Assembly: GCA_965202585.1 (NCBI GenBank) | Contig: CBDBBG010000298.1 | Coordinates: 1-64,000, forward strand | Length of the DNA: 64,000 bases | Source of the DNA: Thalia democratica | Taxonomy: Eukaryota | Reading direction: 5' to 3' | Shown: positions 1 to 11,020 of the stretch, piece by piece | How the letters are laid out: every line of letters begins with the position of its first letter | Position numbering within the stretch: position 1 is the stretch's first letter | Program-made: the position numbers and the translations under genes | The notes under the pieces: model-generated | Seen by the model: the letters and a program-made list of their open reading frames with translations, nothing else | What the model was told of the DNA's origin: nothing | Databases searched by the model: none

Positions 1-711
1 AATAATTGTTTTCTTGCACTAAAGCCAAGGTTCAGGGATATTTAAGAGCGAGAGAAAACTGTCACCCGTACAAAATAAAAAACAACCACGTTTTTACATT
101 CTGCAAAAAACATTATTTAGATTAATAATAAACAGGTTCTTCTTGAGGGATATTTAAAACAGTGAAATTGTCAAGCAGGGAAATAAAACAGGGACATTTG
201 AACTTTGAAAACCGTTTTTAAGAAATGCATATTATACTTGACGAAAACGTCGTCAGATACCTTATAATAACATCATGTGTGTTTCTTAAAGTTGGTCAAA
301 ACATTAGATTTAAAGTTGACAGCCAAAACATTCACTTGTGTACAACTGACACCATTTATTACACAGCTAATTTTTTTTAGAACTGTTTTCATTTATAAGA
401 CCTTCTAAGATCAGCAACCTTCGAAACTTTTGTTAAAAATAATCAAAATCAGAAAAAAATTGTTACGTCAAACAAACAAAAAAAACACAAACCACTTAAT
501 TTTTACAAAGAAAGCTTGTTTTTCAAACAAACGAACTTAATATGGAGTTGTTGGCGTAGCAAACCGGCGCCTGGCACCTGGAACTGTCCTGACTCATGCA
601 CGGAGGTGCGGAACTCACGCAGGGCGGAGCTGGATGCCCGGATGTCATCTTCTCGATCCTGAACTGTTCCATGTGCTCCGGATTGTCGAAATTCGTCTTC
701 CAAACAAGTAC
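1..711 (-). CDS. POC1: POC1-like 3' half, copy G1 (exon 1 at 711-537 and the start of exon 2 at 18-1; cut by window edge)
   Basis: TTCAAAG|GTA CTT GTT TGG AAG ACG AAT TTC GAC (VLVWKTNFD); donor A|GTTCGT at 536; acceptor CTTTAG| at 19-20. Confidence 0.72.
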
Positions 712-759
712 CTTTGAAGTTAATAAATTATCACTTATAAACAGTAAATGTTCAATAAT

Positions 760-1395
760 TTAAAAACATTTTGCTCCGGATTTTCGGAATTTGTCTTCCA
801 TACTCATACCTATTATTAAAAAATTAAAAATGATCAAGTTATTGGCATTTATGAAGGGATTGATTTGAAATTTTTGTTATTTAAAAACTTTTGCTCCGGA
901 TTGTCGAAATTTGTCTTCCAAACTAATACCTTTGAAATGATTAAACTATCAGTTATAAAATAAAATTATTAGTAAATACTTTTTATTTGTGAGTTCCATG
1001 TGCTCAGGATTGTCGAAATTTGTCTTACAAACTAATACCTGTTGATAAGAAAAATAAAGGTAATTAAGTTACTGTCATTTATGAAGAAAAGAACTTAAAA
1101 ATTTTTATTTTTCAAGACTTTTATGCTCCAGACTGTTGAAATTCGTCTTTCATACTAAAACCTTTAAAATGATTTAATTATTACTTACAAATAAAAAACT
1201 GTAGTTGTTTTTTATTTGTGAGTTCCATAAGCTCAGAATTGTCAAAACTTGTCTTCAAAACTAATGCCTGGGTTTAAAATTGCATCAAAGTAACTAATTT
1301 GGTACACTTATTAACTAAATAATTAAAAGCTATTGTCATACTTGAATATTTTGCTATAGATTATCGAAACTTTACTTCCAAACTAGCACCCAAGT
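760..1395 (-). repeat. Degenerate ~100-120 bp repeat array; each module is a 3' splice site plus the first ~13 codons of POC1 exon 1 (also at ~19630-20270, 36140-36775, 54775-55500)
   Basis: Six decayed copies of AG|GTA(T/C)TAGTTTGGAAGACAAATTTCGACAATCCGGAGCA start near 809, 929, 1038, 1161, 1267 and 1388. Spacers are related in alternate modules (GTCATTTATGAAG-like and TTTATTTGTGAGTTCCAT recur), giving a higher-order period of ~230 bp. Confidence 0.88.
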
Positions 1396-1654
1396 TTATA
1401 AAAACAATTAGTTATCGTATCTTAAATAAGCACAAAAGAAGAATATCTCTGACTTCATGTATTGTTCGCTCAGAAGCTAATATAGAATTTTAATTCCAGT
1501 TAAAGTTGAAATCTCATCTTTGAAAAATTTCAGAAAACTAAGAAAATTTTCAAAAGAAACAACCACTTTCTATTTAATCATGATTATTTAATCATGATTG
1601 GTATACTTTAGGGCAAAAAACAATGCAACAACTAAATAACACAAAAAAAATGTT

Positions 1655-2130
1655 TTACACATGGAATTTTAACAGGCGACGATACAACGAACAAACAAGA
1701 TTAGTTCAAGAAAACCATGGCAACAACATAAAACAAGAATGTCACTCTGAACTAGTTTCATAAATTTGTTGAACTTGATTTAGAGTATAATATATGGATT
1801 ATTTAATACAAATATACATAATTTGTATTAAATATCCATCTTATAAAACTAAAAACCACAGTATAAATATGAAACTTTGTATGTTACTTTTGTACTTTTA
1901 CATTTGCTCATTATATGATGGTAGTAATTAAATATATTAAAAACTTAGAAAACAATTTAAAAACAAAAATCTTTAGAAAGCACAACAAACTAATTACTGA
2001 TTTATCACAGGTATGACCTTAATATTTAATGAGGTTGAAAACTAAGAATAAAACTTAGAATATTAATTAATTTCAGAATTTAAATTCAAACTTAAGAGTA
2101 ATTAAAATCATGGACTGGTACAAAAAAGAT
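1655..2130. repeat. Dispersed direct repeat, copy 1 (copy 2 at ~3533-4000)
   Basis: CATGGAATTTTAACAGG(C/T)GACGATACAACGAACAAACAAGATTAG... is nearly identical for ~270 bp, then only loosely alignable for ~200 bp to GACTGGTACAAAAAAGA. Confidence 0.9.
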
Positions 2131-3532
2131 TAAAAAATGGCTTTAAGATGTACAAAAAATTAACTCAAGCTTAATGTACAACGTATCTCCGACAACAATT
2201 GATATATTGTCAACACAAGACTTAAAGTTTTCAAAAACATACAATAAAACCTGGGAAAGATATAAAAATAATAATGAATGCATATAAAAATAAAACAAAG
2301 GTAAGAACAAAACTAACTGCACATTTAAAATGACTGTTTTAAGAAAAAAATATGTCATTCATGTATGTAAAAAAGACATATAACCAACGAACTTATTGCG
2401 TGAAACAAAATCAACATCATATGGCAATAAATTAAAGCAACCCAGAAAACAAAACTATCAAAAGTACGTTCACGCAACTCAAAAAAGGTGAGAAAATATT
2501 TATTCGAATTTAATTTAAAGTTTAAGCAGATTTTTGACTGTCGTATAAATTAAAATGTTTACTCATTTTAAAGATAGAATCAAAACAGTTTATTGGAAAT
2601 ATAAAAAAAAAAAGAACTGATAATGTTTTAACATTACAAATGAAAATAAGAAAGCTTCAAATCAGATATTTTGATTGTTACGTCATTTCAAAGAGTAAGA
2701 ACATGTAAAAGACTTTGGGTAAAGTTTAAAGAAAATATTTGAATTAAAATAACTAATAACATGGACAGTTTAATAATTTACGAACATTACAACATGATGT
2801 CTTATTTAAACTTTAGACTACAAACCATAAAAGTTTAAACATAGAAATTAAACATGAGTTGACCCTTACTATTTACTTTTAAACTGAATCAATATCAACC
2901 AATTTAAAATAAGAATTAAAATAAATTGAATATAAGGTCAGTCAATTAAACAAACTCTTAAAGAATATTGTAATCATTTATAAACTACTATCTTAAGTCA
3001 ATCTATTGATTTAAAAATATTTTTTAACGATGATTCATAATTTTGAAACGCTTTCTAACAGCTAAAGTTATAGTTTACTTAAATATATGAAATTGTAGTT
3101 TAATACTCAAAAATGACTCTTAACCTTGTATAAACCAAGAAAATTTAATATGATTATGAATAGGTAAATAAAATCAATAAAAATACAAACTGTTGAGTTA
3201 CACGCTCATCAGGTGTAGTACAACTACAGCTATAGAAACTGAATGGCTTTAAAATCTTCACATTTATTCACAATATTCTACGATTTGTAATATTAAGTAC
3301 AACTTTAATAAGTACTGGAAATAAGTACAACTTTTCTTAAACAATAAGGTTAAAAATAAAGCAAAAAATAAAGCAATTTCAGCTGATGACAGTAATACGA
3401 CTTAGCTTTAGAAAAGTAAAAACTAAGTAAAAAAGCTATAAAAGTCCTTAAATGGTATATTTGAAGTTGCTTTGTTTTATTTTGGACAAAAATCTAATTT
3501 AAAGTGTTTTTAATAATGACAAATTAACAATG

Positions 3533-4000
3533 TTTTAGACATGGAATTTTAACAGGTGACGATACAACGAACAAACAAGATTAGTTCAAGAAAACCATGG
3601 CAACAACATAAAACAAGAATGTCACTCTGAACTAGTTTCATAAATTTGTTGAACTTGACTTAGAGTATAATATATGGATTATATAATACAAATATACATA
3701 ATTTGTATTAAATATCCATCTTATAATACTAAAAACCACAGTATAAATATGATCTTTGTATGTTACTTATGTACTTTTAACATTTGCTCATTAAATGATG
3801 GCAGTAATTAGTTGTATTAGAAATTAAATTAAGAACAAAAATCTTTAAACAGAACAACAATTTACTTACTGATTTTTCACAAATATGATTTCAATATTTA
3901 ACGAGATTGAAAACCTAAAACGCTCAGAAATTATTAAAATAAAACTTAAAAGAGTATTCAATATAACAGACTGGTACAAAAAAGACTAAAAGTGGGTTCA
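3533..4000. repeat. Dispersed direct repeat, copy 2 (of 1655-2130)
   Basis: Direct alignment with copy 1. Confidence 0.9.
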
Positions 4001-5927
4001 TTTAAACTAAAATCTTTAGTGAATACTTTGTAAGGTAAGGAATTTGTTTAAACAAGTATGATGCAGACATTTAAAAACTAGATTTAAAGATTCAATTGAA
4101 TTTTATATTGGTAATAAACAGACTTTTTTAGTAAAATTGTCTAAGTAGATAAGGTAGTTCAAAGCAGGATTATTTGTAGTTATGAAGTGAAATTAAAGGA
4201 AAACAGTATTAAATCCGTAACAACTGCTTCACTTAAATTAAGTATAAACACATGCACAAATTTCTAATAATCTAACGTTTAATTGCATCCAAAATCAAAC
4301 CAGCCAAATAGTTCTACAGATCATTAATAATAAACAAAAACAATAATTAACATACGAATAACTTTGCAATAACTAAGAAAAAATTAGAACGTAAATGATA
4401 AAACATTAAAAGAAGCTCTTCATCAATACATCTTGACACTTTAAGCATATGTTATTAAATTTAAAAGAAAAATACCATATTTAATGAGACTATATAATGA
4501 CGTAATAATAGTGTGTAATAAGACTAAATAAATTTCAACTAAAACACCTAAACTAAATGGATAAAAAAAGATATTTCGTTACTTTAATAATGCATACAAT
4601 TTTATGTGGACAAACTAAGACGTTTATCATGAAAAATTTGAACTTGACTGAAAGTTATTTGCGCTTAAGAGAAAATGCTTTATTACTTGCACTTAAAAGA
4701 ACTAAAACTATTTACAAATATTATTAACTAAAGAGAACCCGTGGAAAAGTTTTTAAATAAACCTTGGTATTTGAATTGTAAAGTTATTTTACAGTAACAT
4801 CAACAAAACAATGAAGCGTTAACTAAAAATACATCTAAACCATGAGTAAAACAAACTTTATACTATAAAATTCACTTTTAAACCAAAATTTATCGAAGTA
4901 GAATTAAATCAAGAAAAAAATAAATTTACAATATAATAACGGATTAGACTTATAAACAAACTTTAGAACAAACTCATGAAAAGCCAATTTTTTTTTAAAC
5001 AGACTTTCAAGTAATTCTACAGTAATAACAATTAAACTTAGTAACAACATTAACTAAAACATGATCCGTTTTTGGTTGGTAAGATGACCCGTAAATAATT
5101 TAAAACTAAAGAATATAAGGCTACATAAATCCCTTCACAGTTTTTTAACCTTTTTTATATATAGATTTGAAAAAAGTACAGTAAAAAAATATAGATTCAG
5201 AAAAGTTTGAACCAAGTAGACGAGCTTTAAAACATGTAAAACTAAGGGAAATTTCCAAACTAGTTGACAGAAAATAAAACCAAATTTTATAGAAGTAAAT
5301 GGCACTATAAACAATTAAAATAAAATACGACCTCGAAATTGAAATGGTTACTTAATTGGCATAGTTTTATAAGTATTTGGTTTAGAGTCATTATTATTAG
5401 TGTAAAATAAGGTCATACTTATCGATTTTGTTTATTACAAACCGTTTATTGTTTGAAACATAAGGTAAAATATTTATTAATAATTGGAATTAATTACATA
5501 ATAGGTAAAATTCTTCTGTTCATTTAAATATGAAAAAAGGATATTTATATTAAATTGATGCTCTTTCAAACATACAAAATAAGAAGTTTCAATTCTTTTA
5601 AAGTGACCTTAACAGCAAGTTTATGATTAGATAAGACATTAGCAAAAATTATGTATGATATACACAACCTTGTAGACCAAAAACTTAAATGGCACAACAT
5701 ATACTACAGCTGAATAATAACATTAAACAATGAGTCATAAATTCTCTAAGTGGGATGTATATTTGAACTGTAATTATTACTTGAAAAGACAGTTAATCTT
5801 TTAAGTTTATAGATATCAACATCATATGAACCAGCGCAACAAGATGTTAATTAATGATTAAGTATTAATCTGTTAATTTACTTGCAGCAATGAAATATTT
5901 CAGAGTTAATTGCCATATATATATTTA

Positions 5928-6214
5928 TATCTATTATGTATATCACAGATGTTCTTGTGCTAAAACTTTATTCCGACTAACGGCGTTTCACTGCTCTCAA
6001 ATAAATTTAAGAACAGATCTACGGAGTCTATAAAATGTTAACACACATTAGAAAAAAAGCAGAAAAAAGTATGTATAATTATGTATAGTGTTTATCTAGG
6101 TAGTAACTATAAATGGACTTTATGGTTTAAAAACAAAGTTTGGGATAAAAGCGTAAAATTATAAAATTGTCTATTTAACGCCTTATAACGTTACATCTTA
6201 TCTATTATGTATAT
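5928..6214. mobile_element. 271-bp segment private to unit A, bounded by 16-bp direct repeats (possible insertion with TSD)
   Basis: TATCTATTATGTATAT occurs at 5928-5943 and 6199-6214; units B, C and D have one copy of the 16-mer and no insert. Confidence 0.55.
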
Positions 6215-6817
6215 ATACATAGTTTAATTAAGATACGCCTCGTCTAATACTTATTATGTACATATATTTAGTGTTGTTAGTGTCTATATTAATTATTCAA
6301 ATAATATGCATATTACATATACAAATATAGTGTTAGTAAAAATTACTAAGTTAAACTGTATAAGACTACCGGGTTATGACGTAACATTTATGTAAAAATA
6401 CATGAAAAATTGTGGACAAAACTGTATTTCGTTAGTGGCTAATTTTCAAAGATTGCCAAAATTTATTTCCACAAATTAAGACGTAAACATTGACTTATGT
6501 AAACGGGAAATGTACATGGAAAAATTTAGCTTTGTTTCCATCTAAGTGACATAAATATCCTACACACAATATTGCAAAGATACTACTTACAAAAGTATAC
6601 GATTTGTACTTTTAAGAATGCAATGTATTACATTAACTAACAATTATAGCATTTTTTGCCCAAACACTTTTTTTTAAAGACAAACGACGCTTAAAACTAA
6701 GTAAGTAATCTACTTACGCTCATGAGTAATTTGTACAGGCTTTATCTGTTATCAATAAATACAACGTGGTGTGAAATTTGTCTGTTATACTCAATGATTT
6801 AAATATTAGTATTAAAA

Positions 6818-7162
6818 CAGGGTCGCCACTCGTTTTTCTAAAGTTTTCCGAATTTCTTCCAGGATTTTAAAAATACACATGTTTGGGTCTATTTTTAGTT
6901 TAAAGTTAAGTTTAAGGTAAGAAACTGTGTTAAGTAGTATAAAAATATTAAAAAGATACTGTAAAGCTACTTTAAGTATGTTTTTTAATAAATTAAAACT
7001 TTTATTATGAAAAAACTTTTCTATTTATATGATAGATGTTTTGAGTAAAATCATAATTTTACTACTAAACACATATAAACCATTAAAAATTCCACATTAT
7101 TTTTAGTGGTTTTTGCCTAAATTGTCAAACTCCAGGTTTTACCAGGTAAAGTGGCAGCCCTG
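6818..7162. mobile_element. 345-bp MITE (hAT-like CAGGG termini), family member 1; also at 25426-25770, 41938-42282, 60648-60991
   Basis: TIRs CAGGGTCGCCAC / GTGGCAGCCCTG (10/12) and a perfect 6-bp flanking duplication TTAAAA (6812-6817, 7163-7168). Removing it restores homology of the flanks with 7913-8090. Confidence 0.85.
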
Positions 7163-7170
7163 TTAAAATC

Positions 7171-7256
7171 AAGTTTAGTTGCGCTAAGAAGTACGAGCAC
7201 ATTCACTCGTACATCCAAGTCATAGGGTGCCAACAAACAGAGTGACGGGGCTTAAA
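7171..7256. repeat. Diverged direct repeat containing the GTACGAG-N8-CTCGTAC stem-loop (partner at 7997-8091)
   Basis: AAGTTTAGTT...AGAAGTAC(G/T)AGCAC..ACTCGTACATCCAAGTCATA..GGTGCC..CAGAGT..GGG aligns between the two positions. Confidence 0.8.
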
Positions 7257-8091
7257 AAACAATAGCAAAACAGATCAAAGTAGTAGAAGTGAGTTGGCGT
7301 GGTGTAAATAACTCTTCATCCTTTTTTAGGACCTATTTTAAGCGCTTAAATCATTATTGGTGACTAAAACATTATTACAAAAGAATAAAAATTCAAATTA
7401 GTGCATTTAATCGTTTTCGGATTTTTAGTAGCAGATAAAAAATTAAAATTACAGTTACTTTAATGAAGTTAAATTAAACCCCAATCGTTGGAAAAGCTAG
7501 TAAAAGAAAACGGAATGGACGTTGTTTAGATCAGAGTTTATCTAAAGCGGACAATATCGCCCTTTATAGGAGGCAAAAAACAGTGAGAAATTGAAAACGT
7601 AAATGGGTAATTCGACAGTAAAGGGACTTTTTAACTCGTGATAAGGGTTAAATTTAGAAATTAGTTTGGAAAACCAATTTCAAGTTTGGAAAACAATTCA
7701 AAATGTTTAAGAACTAATCCTATAAGCTTAGAAACAGTAAGGAAATAAACTAAAAATAAAATAGTATCTCAACAAGAAGATAAAATGATTAATTCAACCG
7801 AGAATTTACAAAAAAGTTTGTACAATTGATGCAAGTGGTTTGTAAATTTACCTAACTTTATGTGGACAATTTAAGACGTAAATATTTTTTAGAAGTATTT
7901 AAAACAAGTGGCTCATGACTAATTTATATCTGTTATCTTTCATACAACATTAGAGTGAAACTAGTCTGTTGTATCTTATAACTTCTAGTGAGAATAAAGT
8001 TTAGTTATGACTTAGAAGTACTAGCACACTTACTCGTACATCCAAGTCATAACTCAAAAAGGTGCCGACCAGCAGAGTAACCGGGCCTAAA

Positions 8092-8201
8092 GGACAAGAA
8101 TTAAAAAAAAAACTAAGGGCAGGCCGGAGAGATGACAGGTGCGAAGCACCGTGTCATCTCTCCGGCCGTAGCCCTTCGATGTTTTTTTTTAATTCTTGTC
8201 C
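8092..8201. other. 110-bp imperfect inverted repeat (foldback) with a GC-GAA-GC apex; also at 26700-26804, 43212-43316, 61919-62023
   Basis: Arms GGACAAGAATT-A10-C-TAAGGGC-AGGCCGGAGAGATGACA-GGTGC / GCACC-G-TGTCATCTCTCCGGCC-GTA-GCCCTT-CGAT-G-T9-AATTCTTGTCC; loop GAA at 8143-8145. Confidence 0.9.
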
Positions 8202-8487
8202 GCTACCTCAACACTTACTAATCAAACTCATCAATACAAAACCACTCAGTTAATAATTGAAAAACTATAACTGATATTACCGTCAGGCCTTTAATGGTTT
8301 CACATCAATAAGTTAGATCACATAAGCTCAAGGTTAGTAAAAGATAACAGATAAAGACCGTACAAATACAACGCAACAACGTATATTTGTTTGGCAGTTA
8401 CGCTACTCACGGTCCATTTGACAGAAAAAGAGGGCCTTCAAGAAAAAAGGCCGTAAAGAAAAAGAGAAAAGGAAAAGATGAAAATTT

Positions 8488-8510
8488 TTTCGCCGGCGGA
8501 GCCGGCGAAA
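8488..8510. other. Perfect 10-bp-stem hairpin TTTCGCCGGC-GGA-GCCGGCGAAA
   Basis: Read directly; present unchanged in all four units. Confidence 0.85.
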
Positions 8511-8612
8511 TGCCTTAAAAAATAAATTTTAATAATCTCCATCAAAAAATCTCATCACATTTTCGGTTTGGGGGAATCCCCATTTTTTGAAAAATATGGG
8601 TGGGGGGGCCTG

Positions 8613-8870
8613 AAAAATTTAGTGCGTACCCTATTTTCGAAAACCTATTTAACTAATGCAAATAATGTTTTACTAAAAATTTAGTGCATACTTTAAGCGG
8701 GTGCGTACCTTATTTTAGAAAACCTATTAAATCAATGCAAATATTGTGTTATTAAAAATTTAGTGCGTACTTTAAGCGGGTGCGTACCTTATTTTAGAAA
8801 ACCTATTTAATTAATGCAAATAATGTGTTATTAAAAATTTAGTGCGTACCTTATGCGGGTGCGTAGTACT
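8613..8870. repeat. 79-bp minisatellite, ~3.3 copies, built on GTGCGTAC (also ~27213, ~43728, ~62433)
   Basis: AAAAATTTAGTGC starts at 8613, 8675, 8754 and 8833 (62, 79, 79 bp apart); full units carry two GTGCRTAC motifs 17 bp apart. Confidence 0.88.
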
Positions 8871-11020
8871 TAAAGAAAATCTTTACTTATAACAGAGAGA
8901 GTGTTATTAAAAAGTTAGTGTTTAATTCTTAGAATGCGTACATTATAGATGCCTTTAATTCGTTAAAATTACATGTTTAAGTTAGGGTATAAAACCAAAA
9001 ACAAATGAATACAGATACTACATCATCCTGGTTAAGTACCTAATGTTTTACATATACATGGAAAACAGTTCATCAATCTCATAGAGAGGTGTACTTTTTA
9101 ATGACAGAAAATATAAAAATATACAAATATAAAAAGAAACAGACCTTTTAAATGTGTACACTGACAAATCTATTTATATGATTTAACTGTTTTCTATGTA
9201 TACTCAAACAATAGTCAGTTAACTTGCTTACGTAAATTGATTTTACTTAGATAACCTTTTAAAAACAGTATAAAATTTAAACTAATCAAAAATAAAAAAC
9301 CACTTGAGATTCATCTAAACAATTAAAATTACTTTGATTCAAGTAGTAACTATATTCTTGTCAAATAAAACTTTAAAATGGTAAAAAAAATTTTATATTC
9401 TTGTTTAACTTCAGTTTTATACTGTTCCTACTAAAGGATATCACTTTACTTGTCATGTAACTTATTAAGCTAAAGTTTATCCATGATAGTTAAATTGGTC
9501 TCATTGTGAAGTAATTATTTAGCAATCTCATAAATACAAAGGTTACTACCATCACTACTTATTAACTGGTATACTTTAATTTACTTTATATATTCACTAA
9601 TAGACTTAAACTTTGAATGCTTACTTAATTGCTTTGTTTAATCACTGATCTCAGACAACTTATTGTGTGTTTCTTAAAGTGTGCATACAAATTAAAGGTG
9701 TTTGAACTTATCATTTCAATACATTGTTACAAACTAAAACAGTTAAACCATACTACTTTGTGTCATTAACATATGTTTATTAGCCTGTAGTTCATTTCAA
9801 AGTTTGTCAAATACTTGCATCATTTGAAATCTTTATGGCTGTATATTTATACTATTACCAAAATTGAGTCTTTACATTTGTCATATACATATAACACAAC
9901 ACAGCAAGTTGTTGATAAATGCTTATTAGTGCAAACATATGAACAAAAGAAATTATTGATAGATAAAAGAACAGAAAGAAGTTAGTGATAGAAGAAGAGA
10001 AAAATTAAACAAAGGTGAGAATAAACCTCATACACTAACAACCTTTAAATTTTGCTTGCTGTGAAGTGCTTTGTAAATATATGAGTGTAAACTTAAAATT
10101 TTGGAACATTTTGTTTACTAGCAAACCTAATCCTGATATGGTTTAACTGTTTTCTTTTGTAAAAAAATGAATAAATAAAACTTTATAACAATTAAAACAG
10201 TTTTGAAACTATTAACAATTTTGTTTTATGATTACTCTTCCTACTTATCTTTTATGCACACTTTAAGTAACTCTTATTACAAATTATTAATTTATAAATA
10301 TATAAACTACATTAATACAATCAGAACTAACCAACTTAATTTTTATGTTGTAAATAAACTTCTACACTTACATTAGCTTGCTGTCTCTTTGGGCTTCATT
10401 CATAAAAACAAAACTTCTTTACACAAGCTTATAAAGTTTACCACAAATGTTGCTACTTTTAAGTGATTTTATTTATTTTTGAGTCTTATTTAAGTTTTCT
10501 CTTAATTTAAGGTAGCCTTGTAATCTTAGGAGAATGAAGTCCAACAAAACAAATATATGTTTATGGTATCAACTCTATAAAAAGAAAGAACTAGTCTGAA
10601 TTTGTGCAAAATTTAATTAACATATAAAGCTTAATGTTATTTAAGCATGAGAACTCAAAAAATTTAATAGTAACAAAAGGACTTAAATAAATAGAAAATC
10701 TAAAACTTAAAGACAAATATCAAGATTTATTGTAAATACCCAAAAAACCTTAACTTTGTTACTAAACATTCAACTAGTATTACTGGTAACCCTAGCAAAA
10801 AATACTAAGTTTTGCACAAATTAAAACAATCTAATTAACTATTAAACAAACTAACTTGAACAGCTGCTGTAGTAGGTACTCATCTTTAATCAGAATCCAA
10901 AAAAGTGTGATCCATTGCCTAATCTTAAGATGTAGGAGAAAGCCAAAGTTACAACTTATAAAGACCTTTGAAAAAACCTAGAAGTTTAAAAATTTTACAG
11001 AGGTTCAAAAGATTTTTCAT

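Noticed and set aside
613-618. Strong internal GTGAGT donor in exon 1
   Set aside because: It is phase 0 and does not give an open frame through exons 2-3 or the direct exon 1-3 join in G3; it may still be an alternative donor.
503-703. ORF-track protein MEDEFRQSGAHG... (also 19373, 54515)
   Set aside because: It is an alternative frame of exon 1; the frame with the POC1 motif VLVWKTNFD is the supported one.
700-1395. CRISPR-like appearance (~40-bp repeats with 60-80-bp spacers)
   Set aside because: The repeats are degenerate copies of a POC1 exon start, the spacers are related to each other, there are no cas genes, and the context is intron-containing eukaryotic DNA.
2143-2358. 71-aa ORF MTYFFLKTV... 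and 61-aa ORF at 14166-14351, conserved in all units
   Set aside because: Conservation only reflects recent amplification; the composition (F/L/I/K/N-rich) is what AT-rich non-coding DNA yields.
8092-8201. Bacterial bidirectional rho-independent terminator
   Set aside because: The shape fits, but there are no bacterial genes nearby and the outer arms extend beyond the A/T tracts.
8218-8223. CTAA|TC after the hairpin (and CTAG|TC at 7961) as a Helitron head-to-tail junction
   Set aside because: Such hexamers are common at this AT content and the hairpin size and spacing are atypical; kept only as a hypothesis in the findings.
8062-8253. 63-aa ORF over the large hairpin
   Set aside because: Needs a GTG start, is disrupted in the other units, and is explained by the GC-rich palindrome.
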